Source of the DNA: a virus
Virus record (IMG/VR): IMGVR_UViG_3300030390_001877
Coordinates: 32,001-96,000 of that record
Length of the DNA: 64,000 nucleotides
Strand: one strand, 5' to 3'
Within the stretch, counting starts at the first letter, position 1; every line of letters begins with the position of its first letter. Under the pieces are notes generated by a model. It was not told the DNA's origin. It did no database searches and saw only the letters and a program-made list of their open reading frames with translations. Position numbers and translations under genes: made by a program. This document shows, piece by piece, positions 26,976-35,754 of the stretch.

Positions 26976-27344
26976 TTATTTTAATCCTTCTGAAACCATC
27001 TCTTCATTGGAGAAATACCACAGTTGAAACTGTTTCCCTGTCCCAAAGTTGTCTCTTTTTATAGCGGCTGTTGTATCCTTAACATTGATACACCAGATAT
27101 CCCCTCCTAAGAGTGTGTTTAAACTAAGGTAACGAGAGGTAAGATTCTGAATAGGAACCACTTTCACACCAGAAATAATATCGTTGAATTGGCGATCCTG
27201 TATATCAAGATACCAAGCCCCTTCTCCGTCCCTATTAACATCATCAGAAGAGTTATAAGCTATTGTAAGATTCAACACTGTACCGTTAAGTACAATTTCT
27301 TTTCCTTGATAAGCATTCTCATCTATTTTAATTTGTATTGCCAT
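26976..27344 (-). CDS. tail/baseplate protein
   Basis: Start re-called at MAIQIKID (27344); WYLDI motif; synteny. Confidence 0.65.
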   Translation of the reverse strand: MAIQIKIDENAYQGKEIVLNGTVLNLTIAYNSSDDVNRDGEGAWYLDIQDRQFNDIISGVKVVPIQNLTSRYLSLNTLLGGDIWCINVKDTTAAIKRDNFGTGKQFQLWYFSNEEMVSEGLK

Positions 27345-27909
27345 CTTCACTCTCTCCTGTAAAGTAACCAAAAACATTAGAGATACTTCTAGTAAGTTCC
27401 TCTCCTTCCACAACTTTAGTAGTTTGGTTACCAGAGTTCTTCTTACCAGCTAAGTCATCTGAAACAGATTCTTTAGGTTGAGGTATCTCTACTATACGTG
27501 CTCTATCTGAAATAAGTATTTCTTGCATTCTAAAAGAACATCCCCATCCAGATAATCCGTGAGATTTATTCTTAGTTATATCAAAAGACACCATTAAACA
27601 ATTAGGAATAATATTCAAACTATCAACATGAACATTTAAAAGCTGTTTACTTACCCTGAGTTGTCTGATATCCTCTATCCATTGGTCAACATCTTTCCTA
27701 CGGGATTCATCTTGCCCAATAACTTTTATATTAGTGATAACTCCTGTGAAAGTTACAACCCTAGGTTCAATAACAAAATTATCTGTGATAGACTTACCAC
27801 TTTCTACAGGAGATGTTGTTGCTCTGGCTGGTTCTGAAACAGTTATATCTGTAGTGGAAGATAACTCGTAAAAGTTACCCTCCTGATCTGTAAAGTAGAA
27901 CACACTCAT
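27328..27909 (-). CDS. tail tube initiator / Dit-like protein
   Basis: T.SPVE.G..ITDN....P motif immediately after the tape measure gene. Confidence 0.75.
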   Translation of the reverse strand: MSVFYFTDQEGNFYELSSTTDITVSEPARATTSPVESGKSITDNFVIEPRVVTFTGVITNIKVIGQDESRRKDVDQWIEDIRQLRVSKQLLNVHVDSLNIIPNCLMVSFDITKNKSHGLSGWGCSFRMQEILISDRARIVEIPQPKESVSDDLAGKKNSGNQTTKVVEGEELTRSISNVFGYFTGESEDGNTN

Positions 27910-27923
27910 TAAAAGTATCCTTA

Positions 27924-28889
27924 TTATTTAGTTGTGGATAATCCAGAGGTAGCCCCTACATATCCTATCAGTTGTTTCATCTCGTCTGCGGAAGAGTTGT
28001 TGAAAATATAGGTGTTTCCCCCTTGTTGTTGATTACTTGTAGAAGGATTACCATCAGAGAACATATAGTTATAAGCTCCTTTCAGAGTAGGATATGCTGT
28101 CAAGTTTAATAATGAAGCTGAGTCTCTTTGTGATGAGAGGATATTCCCTAAGAAAGAGTTTTCATCTAAACCAAATAATTGACTTGTTTTACCTGCTCTA
28201 AGCTTTCCTTCTTTATCCTGAGTAAACCCTGATGTGGTCATTTCCCTGAGGTTAACCTGCATACCTGCACTTTCTTCTATATTACCCACAATCTTATCCG
28301 AGAAAAGAGATACTAATTCTTCTGCTGCTGCTAAGGCTAGTGTGATTGGAAGGAATGCTTTTGCTAAAGCTGCGTTAGTGGATAAAGCTACTATACCCAT
28401 AGTCTTACCAAAGGCTAGAAGTTTACTTATCGCTAAAGCTCCGAACAATAGTTCAAAGTTATCAATAGCAACTTTAATCACAGGTTCTATAAGCTTTAAA
28501 GAATAAGCAATCCCATTAAATACTGCTCCGAATATTTTACCCATCTTCTCAAGTTGTGGTCCTGAGGTTTTGAGTATTTGTGAAATTGTTTTGTAAAGAT
28601 TAGATAATCCTTCTGAGAAACCTGATTTGAAGATAGTATCTCCTGCACGCTGGGTTTCTGTGATCATCTGACCTTCTGTAACACGTAATCCTTGAAGAGC
28701 CTTATCGAAAGCGCCACCTTCTAGAGCTGCCTTTTTTAGTTCGGCGGCTACTTTAGGTAATACTTCTGAGGAAACAAGTTGACCCTGCTCCATCATCTTG
28801 AATAATTCTGCTTCTGAGACGTTTAGTGCTCTGCTGAACACCTGAACTGCACCTGGAAGGCTATCACCTAGCTGATTTTTGAGTTCCTC
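27924..28889 (-). CDS. tape measure protein, exon 3
   Basis: Begins EELKNQLGDSLPGA (tape measure domain motif). Confidence 0.92.
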   Translation of the reverse strand, partial: EELKNQLGDSLPGAVQVFSRALNVSEAELFKMMEQGQLVSSEVLPKVAAELKKAALEGGAFDKALQGLRVTEGQMITETQRAGDTIFKSGFSEGLSNLYKTISQILKTSGPQLEKMGKIFGAVFNGIAYSLKLIEPVIKVAIDNFELLFGALAISKLLAFGKTMGIVALSTNAALAKAFLPITLALAAAEELVSLFSDKIVGNIEESAGMQVNLREMTTSGFTQDKEGKLRAGKTSQLFGLDENSFLGNILSSQRDSASLLNLTAYPTLKGAYNYMFSDGNPSTSNQQQGGNTYIFNNSSADEMKQLIGYVGATSGLSTTK

Positions 28890-29828
28890 CAGTAAAGCTA
28901 ATAAAATCAATAACTTAGCTAAACACCTACACCTTCTCAGGGTAGCCTGATCATATCATAACCCTCGCCATTCTACGTTAGGGTTCCTGCCTTTTCTTCC
29001 TCTAAGAGGTTCTACTCTACTAACTTACCAAAGGTAGTCTACGCTACCTTATCCGCTTTCGATGATCGATGATCGTGAATCTACTTCTTACGTTTATTTA
29101 CTGTTATACTATATTGTTCCCATATGTGTTTCCAAGCATGTCCTGCACGTATCTTAGTGGCTTGCTGTCTACTGATTTCGTACTTTTCAACAGCTTCTTT
29201 AGGCATCATACCTTTCTCAAAATCTTTACAAACTTTGTGTACTAAATCTTCTGTTAAAACACTTCTACCATTCAAAGTACCTTTTAGTGCTGGTGTATTA
29301 CCGACTCTCCAAGACTCTTTAGTGTTGTGTTCGTGCGTACACCATTCCAGATTAGAGTAGTGGTTATTAGTCTTATCATGGTCAATATGATTAACACAAA
29401 CAACATAAGGGTAGTTTTCTGAACATAACTTTTTCAATTCTTCCGAAGGCTCTTCTAAAAAATACATTGCTACTAATCTGTGGACTTTTCTAGCAAATGT
29501 CTTACCATCTTTCTTAAATTGTACTTGGTAGTAACCCTGTTTATTTACAGGTACGTATTTCTTAGTTTTGGTTTTAATGTTCCTTATTAAACCTTCACAG
29601 TTTATTTCATACTTAGGAAATTCTTCTATAACTTTAAACATAAATATAACCCTTATTCTATTAAAAGGTTATTGTAGATCATTCGAGGCTGATTGTCAAT
29701 ATTTTCAGAATTTTTAGGGTTCGCTACTATGTCACCATGTAGTATCCTATCTGAAATCTAACTTGAGTTCCCAGCAGTTAAACAGGTTATTCGATAACAG
29801 TTTCCTGTTAAAGGGCCAAAGAACTTTT
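28890..29828 (-). mobile_element. group I intron (939 nt) encoding an HNH endonuclease
   Basis: P1 GGCU/GGCC; P10 GAGGAACU/AGUUCUUU; P7 variant GAUCA/UGAUC; terminal G at 28890; restores KVMA|EEL. Confidence 0.9.
29081..29641 (-). CDS. intron-encoded HNH homing endonuclease (I-HmuI-like)
   Basis: NUMOD4-like N-terminus; VHRLVA; VNHIDHDKTNNHYSNLEW. Confidence 0.9.
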   Translation of the reverse strand: MFKVIEEFPKYEINCEGLIRNIKTKTKKYVPVNKQGYYQVQFKKDGKTFARKVHRLVAMYFLEEPSEELKKLCSENYPYVVCVNHIDHDKTNNHYSNLEWCTHEHNTKESWRVGNTPALKGTLNGRSVLTEDLVHKVCKDFEKGMMPKEAVEKYEISRQQATKIRAGHAWKHIWEQYSITVNKRKK

Positions 29829-29853
29829 AGCCATTACCTTCCCTTTTGACATC
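29829..29853 (-). CDS. tape measure protein, exon 2 (25-nt micro-exon)
   Basis: G ATG TCA AAA GGG AAG GTA ATG GCT completes ALIQM-MSKGKVMA-EEL. Confidence 0.9.
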
Positions 29854-30148
29854 CAATCTCTTCGAGTAAGTACGTTAACCCTTACTCCGCAAGTTCCTTA
29901 TTGCAGCTCTATATCACTATAGAAGTTGAGACTATATCTTCACCCTTACCGTTACGTATTAGGGGTTGTGCGCTTCCACTCACTTGAGTGTACAGGTTTC
30001 ATAATCCCAGAAGGATCGTTTACCTTAGTCGTTACACCTTGATAAGAATTACTTCCTACCCTTGGCTCGGTATTGTCTACTTGAGAGTTCCACCGAATTC
30101 ACACAATTTGTTCATGCTTATTACTAAGCAGCCAGACAATAATCGTCT
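29854..30148 (-). mobile_element. group I intron, ORF-less (295 nt)
   Basis: P1 CCAGAU/GUCUGG; P7 ACGACUA/UAGUCU; terminal G at 29854. Confidence 0.92.
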
Positions 30149-31317
30149 ATCTGGATCAAAGCTTTCTGACTTCGCTTCATGCTTTCGTCATCTACTTTCA
30201 ATGATGTACCAAACATACTCAATCCTGTGAATATATCTTCTTGCTGATCTTGAGAAATCTTACCTTTTGCAGCAAATTTGAACTTTACCCAAGCATCAGT
30301 TGTATCTTTTAAACTAAGTCCCATCTTATCAACAATACTATTGATAAAAAGCATATCTGTTGCTGCGGCATCAGCACTACCAGCAGCAGCTAGCATAGAT
30401 GCATCGATCCCTTGAAATGTCTGCCCAACACGTTTAATAGCAACAGTCCCTTCAAACAAAGCAAACAAACTTGCATAAGAACGGATCATATTACGAGTAG
30501 AGTCATTTAATCCTCCCTGAACAACATTCAATCCCATCATATTACGTTTTAAAGATTTAGTCTCTCTGTTAACAGATCTCATCTCAGAAGCTAGACGAGT
30601 CATTGCAGCAGTGTCACCTACTCTAACAGCATCTCCAAATCTTTTATCATAAGAAGACATATCCTTTCCAGAAGATTTCATGTTCTGATAATAAGCTGTA
30701 CTTTGGAAACGTGCTATCTTGTTTGCAAAAGCTTGTTGACGTTTAGTAGCAGCCTTGGCAAGCTTATCCTGCTGTGCGTAGAAGTCTTTCATCTTCTTGA
30801 GTTCTTCATCTTGGGCAGTCATCTTCTTGACGTGTTGCTTCATGAAAGCATTATTAACTTCTTCACTAGAAGATTTTATTTTAGCATTATTCCTAAGTTT
30901 TATTTTAAGAAGATCTTGCTCTCGTTTGTTTTCCTTTTTAAAACGTTCTTCTACATTAGCTTTTAAAGCAGCTTCCACCCTATTAAAGTCCGATACCTTA
31001 GCAGAAGCTACATCCCTCCCAGCTTGCTTACTTTGCTTGTAAACTTTTAACCTTTCTTGTAAAGATTTCCTGCCGTTAGAAATTTCCTTATCTCTCGCAG
31101 CTTTGTCTTCTTTAATACGTTTGTTGATGATGTACTTTTGGTAATTAGCCGTCCCTTTAAGATCTTTCCTTTTAGACCTCTCAATCTTACCAGACCTTTT
31201 TACAGCCCTCATCCCCATGGAATCCAGCATCTTATCGATTTCTTTAGCTTGTTTACCAACTCCTTTAGTATTCAAGTCTATATCAATAAAAAACTGTTCA
31301 ATCATATTATCTGCCAT
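30149..31317 (-). CDS. tape measure protein, exon 1 (spliced product 719 aa)
   Basis: Helical, Lys/Ala-rich; ends inside the tape measure domain (RSQKALIQ). Confidence 0.92.
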
Positions 31318-31359
31318 AAAATGTTCCTCTTATCAGATAATCTTTCTAAAAGAGCCTGA

Positions 31360-31656
31360 TTATTTAGGCTCATTATCTTTGTAACTTGCCATAGAATAAT
31401 CTACATCAAGATACATCTCTTCTTCAAAATATAAAAACTCCTCTACAGAATATTTCTCTAACAAAGTGTGATAAGGAATACCGTAATTCTTAAAAGTATA
31501 CTTACCAACAGCTCTCCATTTCAATTCTATAGGATTATCTTTGAGTGAGTAGCTTTCTTCCCTAGCTCTATCTACTCTTCTTCTATATCTGTCCTTCCCA
31601 TCATTTTGTGGAATCCATCCGTCACTGATTGGAAGATATCGCTTTCTGTAAAAAAA
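31360..31656 (-). CDS. tail assembly chaperone -1 frameshift extension (gpGT-like, 227 aa total)
   Basis: Slippery U-UUU-UUU at 31656-31650; the -1 frame is open to a stop at 31360 just before the tape measure gene. Confidence 0.75.
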   Translation of the reverse strand, partial: FFYRKRYLPISDGWIPQNDGKDRYRRRVDRAREESYSLKDNPIELKWRAVGKYTFKNYGIPYHTLLEKYSVEEFLYFEEEMYLDVDYSMASYKDNEPK

Positions 31657-32042
31657 CCTTTGAAGTTTACCTCCAATGCAAACATGATTAATGTCTGGTA
31701 AGAGTGAATACTTCCTGCAAAATCTCTCTCTACATCTAAAGGTTGTCCATCTACTTGAGCACCTACTAACATTTCATCAATAAGAGCCTCCATATCTGGT
31801 GTACGTAATTTGCTTGAAACAATCGTAAGTATTTCTCGGAAAGTATTTTGTTTCTCAAACATTATAGCTTCATCAACATTACGTGAATCAATAACTTCAC
31901 CAAAGATAGGACCAACCATTTCTAAAAGAAGTGTCCATCCTCTCCAACCAGCTTTTACACCTAGAGGTTTTATTGTGAAGGTTTTATTGTTGATGATTTT
32001 ATCGTGTTGTTTGAAGTATGCACCCATATCGAAATCTGACAT
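31572..32042 (-). CDS. tail assembly chaperone
   Basis: Between tail tube and tape measure genes; ends ...FALEVNFKGFF. Confidence 0.85.
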   Translation of the reverse strand: MSDFDMGAYFKQHDKIINNKTFTIKPLGVKAGWRGWTLLLEMVGPIFGEVIDSRNVDEAIMFEKQNTFREILTIVSSKLRTPDMEALIDEMLVGAQVDGQPLDVERDFAGSIHSYQTLIMFALEVNFKGFFTESDIFQSVTDGFHKMMGRTDIEEE

Positions 32043-32071
32043 TTATTTTCTCTCTCTTAAAATTCTTAAAC

Positions 32072-32096
32072 AAAAAAGGGGAGCAAAAGCTCCCCT
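32072..32096 (-). terminator. intrinsic terminator after tail tube gene
   Basis: GGGGAGC-TTTT-GCTCCCC-TTTTTT. Confidence 0.85.
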
Positions 32097-32108
32097 ATTA
32101 AAATGGTA

Positions 32109-32597
32109 TTATCGGTTAGCAGTGTTATTCTTCAGAGTATTAACAAACGCTAATGCCTCTGCTGCTTCTGTAGTTGCTTTACCAGTTACGTCTGGAGCAA
32201 ACTGCATATTGGTTACAAAGAATGCCCATGTACGGCTACCTGCGTCTGTAGATAAATCTTGTGAAGCTGGTACATCTAAGTAACAATTCTTTTGATACGT
32301 CAATACCCCAGAAGATTTCTCTGAGATAACAATATCAAAATAGATAACATCACCTGTGCGATCTTGCTCTGCTTGTAAAGCAGCCATTGCTCGGTTAACA
32401 GGGGCGTTTTGTTGAATAACTTCCAACTCAAGCATACCTGATTTATCTGCTGAAACTGTAATACCGTGGTAACCATCTGCAGAAGTGTTTCTTGTAGTGT
32501 TAGCCTCATTTCGGCTTAAGCTGATACTTTCCCAACCGTCTACATTAATACCTGCTAATGAGATGTCTGTATCAAGCTTACTATAACTTTTGAACAT
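32109..32597 (-). CDS. tail tube protein
   Basis: 162 aa after the sheath gene; SADG.......D.SG motif (DUF3277-like). Confidence 0.85.
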   Translation of the reverse strand: MFKSYSKLDTDISLAGINVDGWESISLSRNEANTTRNTSADGYHGITVSADKSGMLELEVIQQNAPVNRAMAALQAEQDRTGDVIYFDIVISEKSSGVLTYQKNCYLDVPASQDLSTDAGSRTWAFFVTNMQFAPDVTGKATTEAAEALAFVNTLKNNTANR

Positions 32598-32607
32598 TAT
32601 TTAATCC

Positions 32608-33969
32608 TTATTCGTAGCTTAATGTACCAGTGATCTCAACCATGTGGATTGCATTGGTGAGGGTGGCTTTGAAAGAAATTTGACGGAAAGTACGAGCAGC
32701 TTTATCAGCAAGAGGTACTTCTGAAACATCAGGAACAAATATTTCAAAATCATCATTGATGAAATTGTGTGTACCATCAGGTGTATAGTTTGTAAGGGTA
32801 GCTTGTAAAATACTCTTAACTTGGTTGATACCTTTGTTATTAAATGCTACTTTACCCGTCTTCTGATTGATCAGGAATGTGTTGAAATCCGCTTCAATAT
32901 CTACTTGCAGATTATCACGACCAACAATATTATCTAACCATTCACCAGAAGCTACTTTACCAACAACACCGATAATAGGATCACTACCTGCATCACTACC
33001 TACTCTTGCAAAGAAGTCTGCGTTTACAAGTTTAAGTTTATTCTGTTGAGTACTTGTGAGAGGTTTACCTACAGCATTCAATGACGCTGGTACAGCAGCT
33101 ACTCTACGATTACCATAAGTGATACTTCCTGTTACAGCAAAAGCAGCTTCTGCTAAACGTGCAACCTCTGGGAAAGACTCTTTAGCCTCTTGGTGATAGA
33201 TACCCATTGTACGGAAGAAGTTACCATCTTTTAAGTCTACTAGTGTTCCTGTTTGTACAGCATCGAAAACAGTTGTCTCATCAATAGAAGTAGCATATAC
33301 TTTAAGCTTAGCCTCAATTTCAGTTGCCATATCTGTTACGAATGTGTTAGACTTCTCTTGAGCTGTTACATAATAGAAGTCTTCTGTTTCTGCTTCGATA
33401 GCTGCTAATACGTCTGCTGCTGATTCTGTACTTGTACCAAAAGTTTCATCCATCCCAACTATGTTAGAAACAGTAAACCATTTACCAGAAGTAGATGATA
33501 AAACTAAGGTTGCATCAACACCAACACCAACTACAGTAGTAGTGATGACCGCTGCAATATCTGTATCAGCATCAATCAACACTTTCATTGCATCTAGGAT
33601 TGTTTGTGCAGTAGGAGTTGCTCCTGCTGTAACACTGAACGTTGCTGAAACTGCATCTTCTGCTGCAATAGTTACAGAATACTCTTTAGCTTCCACTGCA
33701 TCTTCAGGTGTAAGAATTGAATCAACAATTTGACGACCGATTAAAATTTCTTGTGGAGCGGGTGTTTGTGAAAAAGCACCTAGTCCCGCTTTATAAACTG
33801 GATGGGTAGTGGCGATACCATCTTCAACCATTGCTTTAGTACTACCATATGAACGAACTCTTTCTGGAAAGAAATTGTGTTGTCCAATAAATAGAATAGT
33901 ACCAAAACCTTGGCGTGATACAATTGCTGTATCTAAGGCAATATTGGCTATTGCTAAATTAACTGACAT
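32608..33969 (-). CDS. tail sheath protein (DUF3383-like)
   Basis: 453 aa; SQTPAP..ILIGR; SGEWLDNIVGRD; AIHMVEI.G. Confidence 0.9.
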   Translation of the reverse strand: MSVNLAIANIALDTAIVSRQGFGTILFIGQHNFFPERVRSYGSTKAMVEDGIATTHPVYKAGLGAFSQTPAPQEILIGRQIVDSILTPEDAVEAKEYSVTIAAEDAVSATFSVTAGATPTAQTILDAMKVLIDADTDIAAVITTTVVGVGVDATLVLSSTSGKWFTVSNIVGMDETFGTSTESAADVLAAIEAETEDFYYVTAQEKSNTFVTDMATEIEAKLKVYATSIDETTVFDAVQTGTLVDLKDGNFFRTMGIYHQEAKESFPEVARLAEAAFAVTGSITYGNRRVAAVPASLNAVGKPLTSTQQNKLKLVNADFFARVGSDAGSDPIIGVVGKVASGEWLDNIVGRDNLQVDIEADFNTFLINQKTGKVAFNNKGINQVKSILQATLTNYTPDGTHNFINDDFEIFVPDVSEVPLADKAARTFRQISFKATLTNAIHMVEITGTLSYE

Positions 33970-33997
33970 TATTAGTGTCTCCTAATATTAGGGTTTA

Positions 33998-34687
33998 TTA
34001 TTGTTCGCTAGGAGCGATTACGTTAACGTGTAGATCTTGTTCTGGTGTATCTGAACCTTCTAAGAAGAGTCCTCCTTGAACACCGTTCACAGGATTTTCT
34101 GTATCCATCTCAATTTTATCGAAATATTGTGCTTTATCAGCTTTAACGTCAATAGTGTCGATTGTTGCCAAGACTAGATTAAATTCATTTGTTTCTAAGT
34201 ATTTATCATTCATTGAAAAGTTTGAAGGGATGATATCTGATTTATCCAGCACTCTTGCTGTGGTATTGACTGTTGTTCCAGTGTTAGCATTCTGTGCATA
34301 CAGAGTATCTATCATATCCCGCACTTCATCTACTACCATTAACATGTGTGTCTTGTTAACAACATAGTCACTAGAAGCACCACTTGTCCCATAAAACTTT
34401 ATTTGGAGGATAACCTTCTTATGCGCTACATAAACATAGTTACCTTCGTCATCAAAGAACCTGTCTGTGAGGTCAACTCCATCGGGGACAGTTCTGATAT
34501 AATCAACTAAACAATAAGGGTAATCTGGGATAGGAGGATTCTTACCTCCCTGAGAGTAAACTCTTGCTGGGAATATACTTGGACGAGTTGTACCACCTGC
34601 TCCTGCAGACTGAGATACTTCATCCCCAATAAACTCTTTTAAGGTGTCTATGACAGCGTTCTCAAGAGCTTTAGTATCTATACTCAT
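33998..34687 (-). CDS. tail completion / terminator protein
   Basis: PDYPYC motif; directly upstream of the sheath gene. Confidence 0.7.
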   Translation of the reverse strand: MSIDTKALENAVIDTLKEFIGDEVSQSAGAGGTTRPSIFPARVYSQGGKNPPIPDYPYCLVDYIRTVPDGVDLTDRFFDDEGNYVYVAHKKVILQIKFYGTSGASSDYVVNKTHMLMVVDEVRDMIDTLYAQNANTGTTVNTTARVLDKSDIIPSNFSMNDKYLETNEFNLVLATIDTIDVKADKAQYFDKIEMDTENPVNGVQGGLFLEGSDTPEQDLHVNVIAPSEQ

Positions 34688-35079
34688 GTAGTCTTATCCT
34701 TTTGGTAGAACAGCCCCAGCATATGATTCATATCAAGCATACGTCCATTTGCAGACTGTCCCGTCCAATCTTGTAAATCTATGCATTTGTAACGACTACC
34801 TCTGTATTCAATCTCATCAGCTACAATAGAAAGTCTATCATCCTCTGCACGTATCTCATCACCAGTGTTCCCTTGAATATAAACTTCTATTGCAGAGGTA
34901 GCTCTAAAACCAGCTTCTGTTAGAAAGTTATTGACACCTTCTCGATAAGGTTGTATATTTCCTTTATAAGGTATCTCTACCTCACCACCGTCTACATACT
35001 CATTAGAATCTGTCCAATACCCAGCAGTAGGTCGGAAGATAGTTATATCTTTATCGAAGAGTCTATTTCTTCTAGCCAT
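34684..35079 (-). CDS. head-tail adaptor / head closure protein
   Basis: GNIQP and AD.IEY.G..Y....QDW motifs; synteny. Confidence 0.7.
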   Translation of the reverse strand: MARRNRLFDKDITIFRPTAGYWTDSNEYVDGGEVEIPYKGNIQPYREGVNNFLTEAGFRATSAIEVYIQGNTGDEIRAEDDRLSIVADEIEYRGSRYKCIDLQDWTGQSANGRMLDMNHMLGLFYQKDKTT

Positions 35080-35081
35080 AT

Positions 35082-35567
35082 TTAACCCTCCGATTTAACT
35101 TTGTAATTGAATGATGTTTTGTATGCGAAGGCATCTTTAAGAAAACCTTCATCTATAAGAGGTGTCGGATTAGCAGTTGTTGTTAAGAGTGCAGTATTAC
35201 CAAAAACACTTTTACCATCTTGGCGATACTTCTTACCTATATCATCTAAAAGGTTTTCTAAAGTGTAAGAAGTTTTTATTTGTACGTAACTTTTTAAAAG
35301 ACTCTTGAAAAACTTAGCTTGAGCAGGATAACCTCCTACAACAGGTTTCATATGTTTAAATATATCTCTTGATGGGAATGGTAATCCGAACTCATGAGCA
35401 TTTGCATGAATATAAGCTAAACTTGCATAAGGCATGTCTGCTGTAGGATGTAAACCTTGTTCTTTGAAGTAACCTATTTTAGCAGATTGATTGTTGAGGG
35501 ATTTCAACTTTGCAACAAGTGCTGGAAGCTTACTCTTTTGCTTGTTCCGTCTGACAGTCATCTTCAT
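35082..35567 (-). CDS. neck / virion morphogenesis protein
   Basis: Start re-called at MKMTVRR; A..H...FG....P.R and PLIDEG.L motifs. Confidence 0.7.
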   Translation of the reverse strand: MKMTVRRNKQKSKLPALVAKLKSLNNQSAKIGYFKEQGLHPTADMPYASLAYIHANAHEFGLPFPSRDIFKHMKPVVGGYPAQAKFFKSLLKSYVQIKTSYTLENLLDDIGKKYRQDGKSVFGNTALLTTTANPTPLIDEGFLKDAFAYKTSFNYKVKSEG

Positions 35568-35694
35568 CTGAGAGAGTCTCCTCTTTCTTCTTTGGAGATG
35601 TTTTCTTTTTCCGAGGAGACGTTTCTTTCTTGACAGTTTCATCTTTTATGATTATGTCTCCTTCGGGAAAGTGTTTTGTAACTTTTACTTTCAT
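35530..35694 (-). CDS. small charged protein (54 aa, not in ORF track)
   Basis: MKVKVTKHFPEGD...; AAGGA SD; directly downstream of a promoter. Confidence 0.55.
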   Translation of the reverse strand: MKVKVTKHFPEGDIIIKDETVKKETSPRKKKTSPKKKEETLSDEDDCQTEQAKE

Positions 35695-35720
35695 TAGTAA
35701 TTCCTTTATAGTATCCTTTA

Positions 35721-35749
35721 ATTATAAGGTATTTATGGGGAATTGTCAA
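35721..35749 (-). promoter_or_regulatory. sigma70-like promoter for neck/tail genes
   Basis: TTGACA-N17-TATAAT, perfect consensus. Confidence 0.85.
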
Positions 35750-35754
35750 CTTAA

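Noticed and set aside
35568-35642. Arg/Lys-rich N-terminal extension on the neck protein (possible DNA-binding tail)
   Set aside because: It is an alternative frame of a separate SD-led 54-aa ORF (35530-35694); the neck gene has its own SD before ATG 35567.
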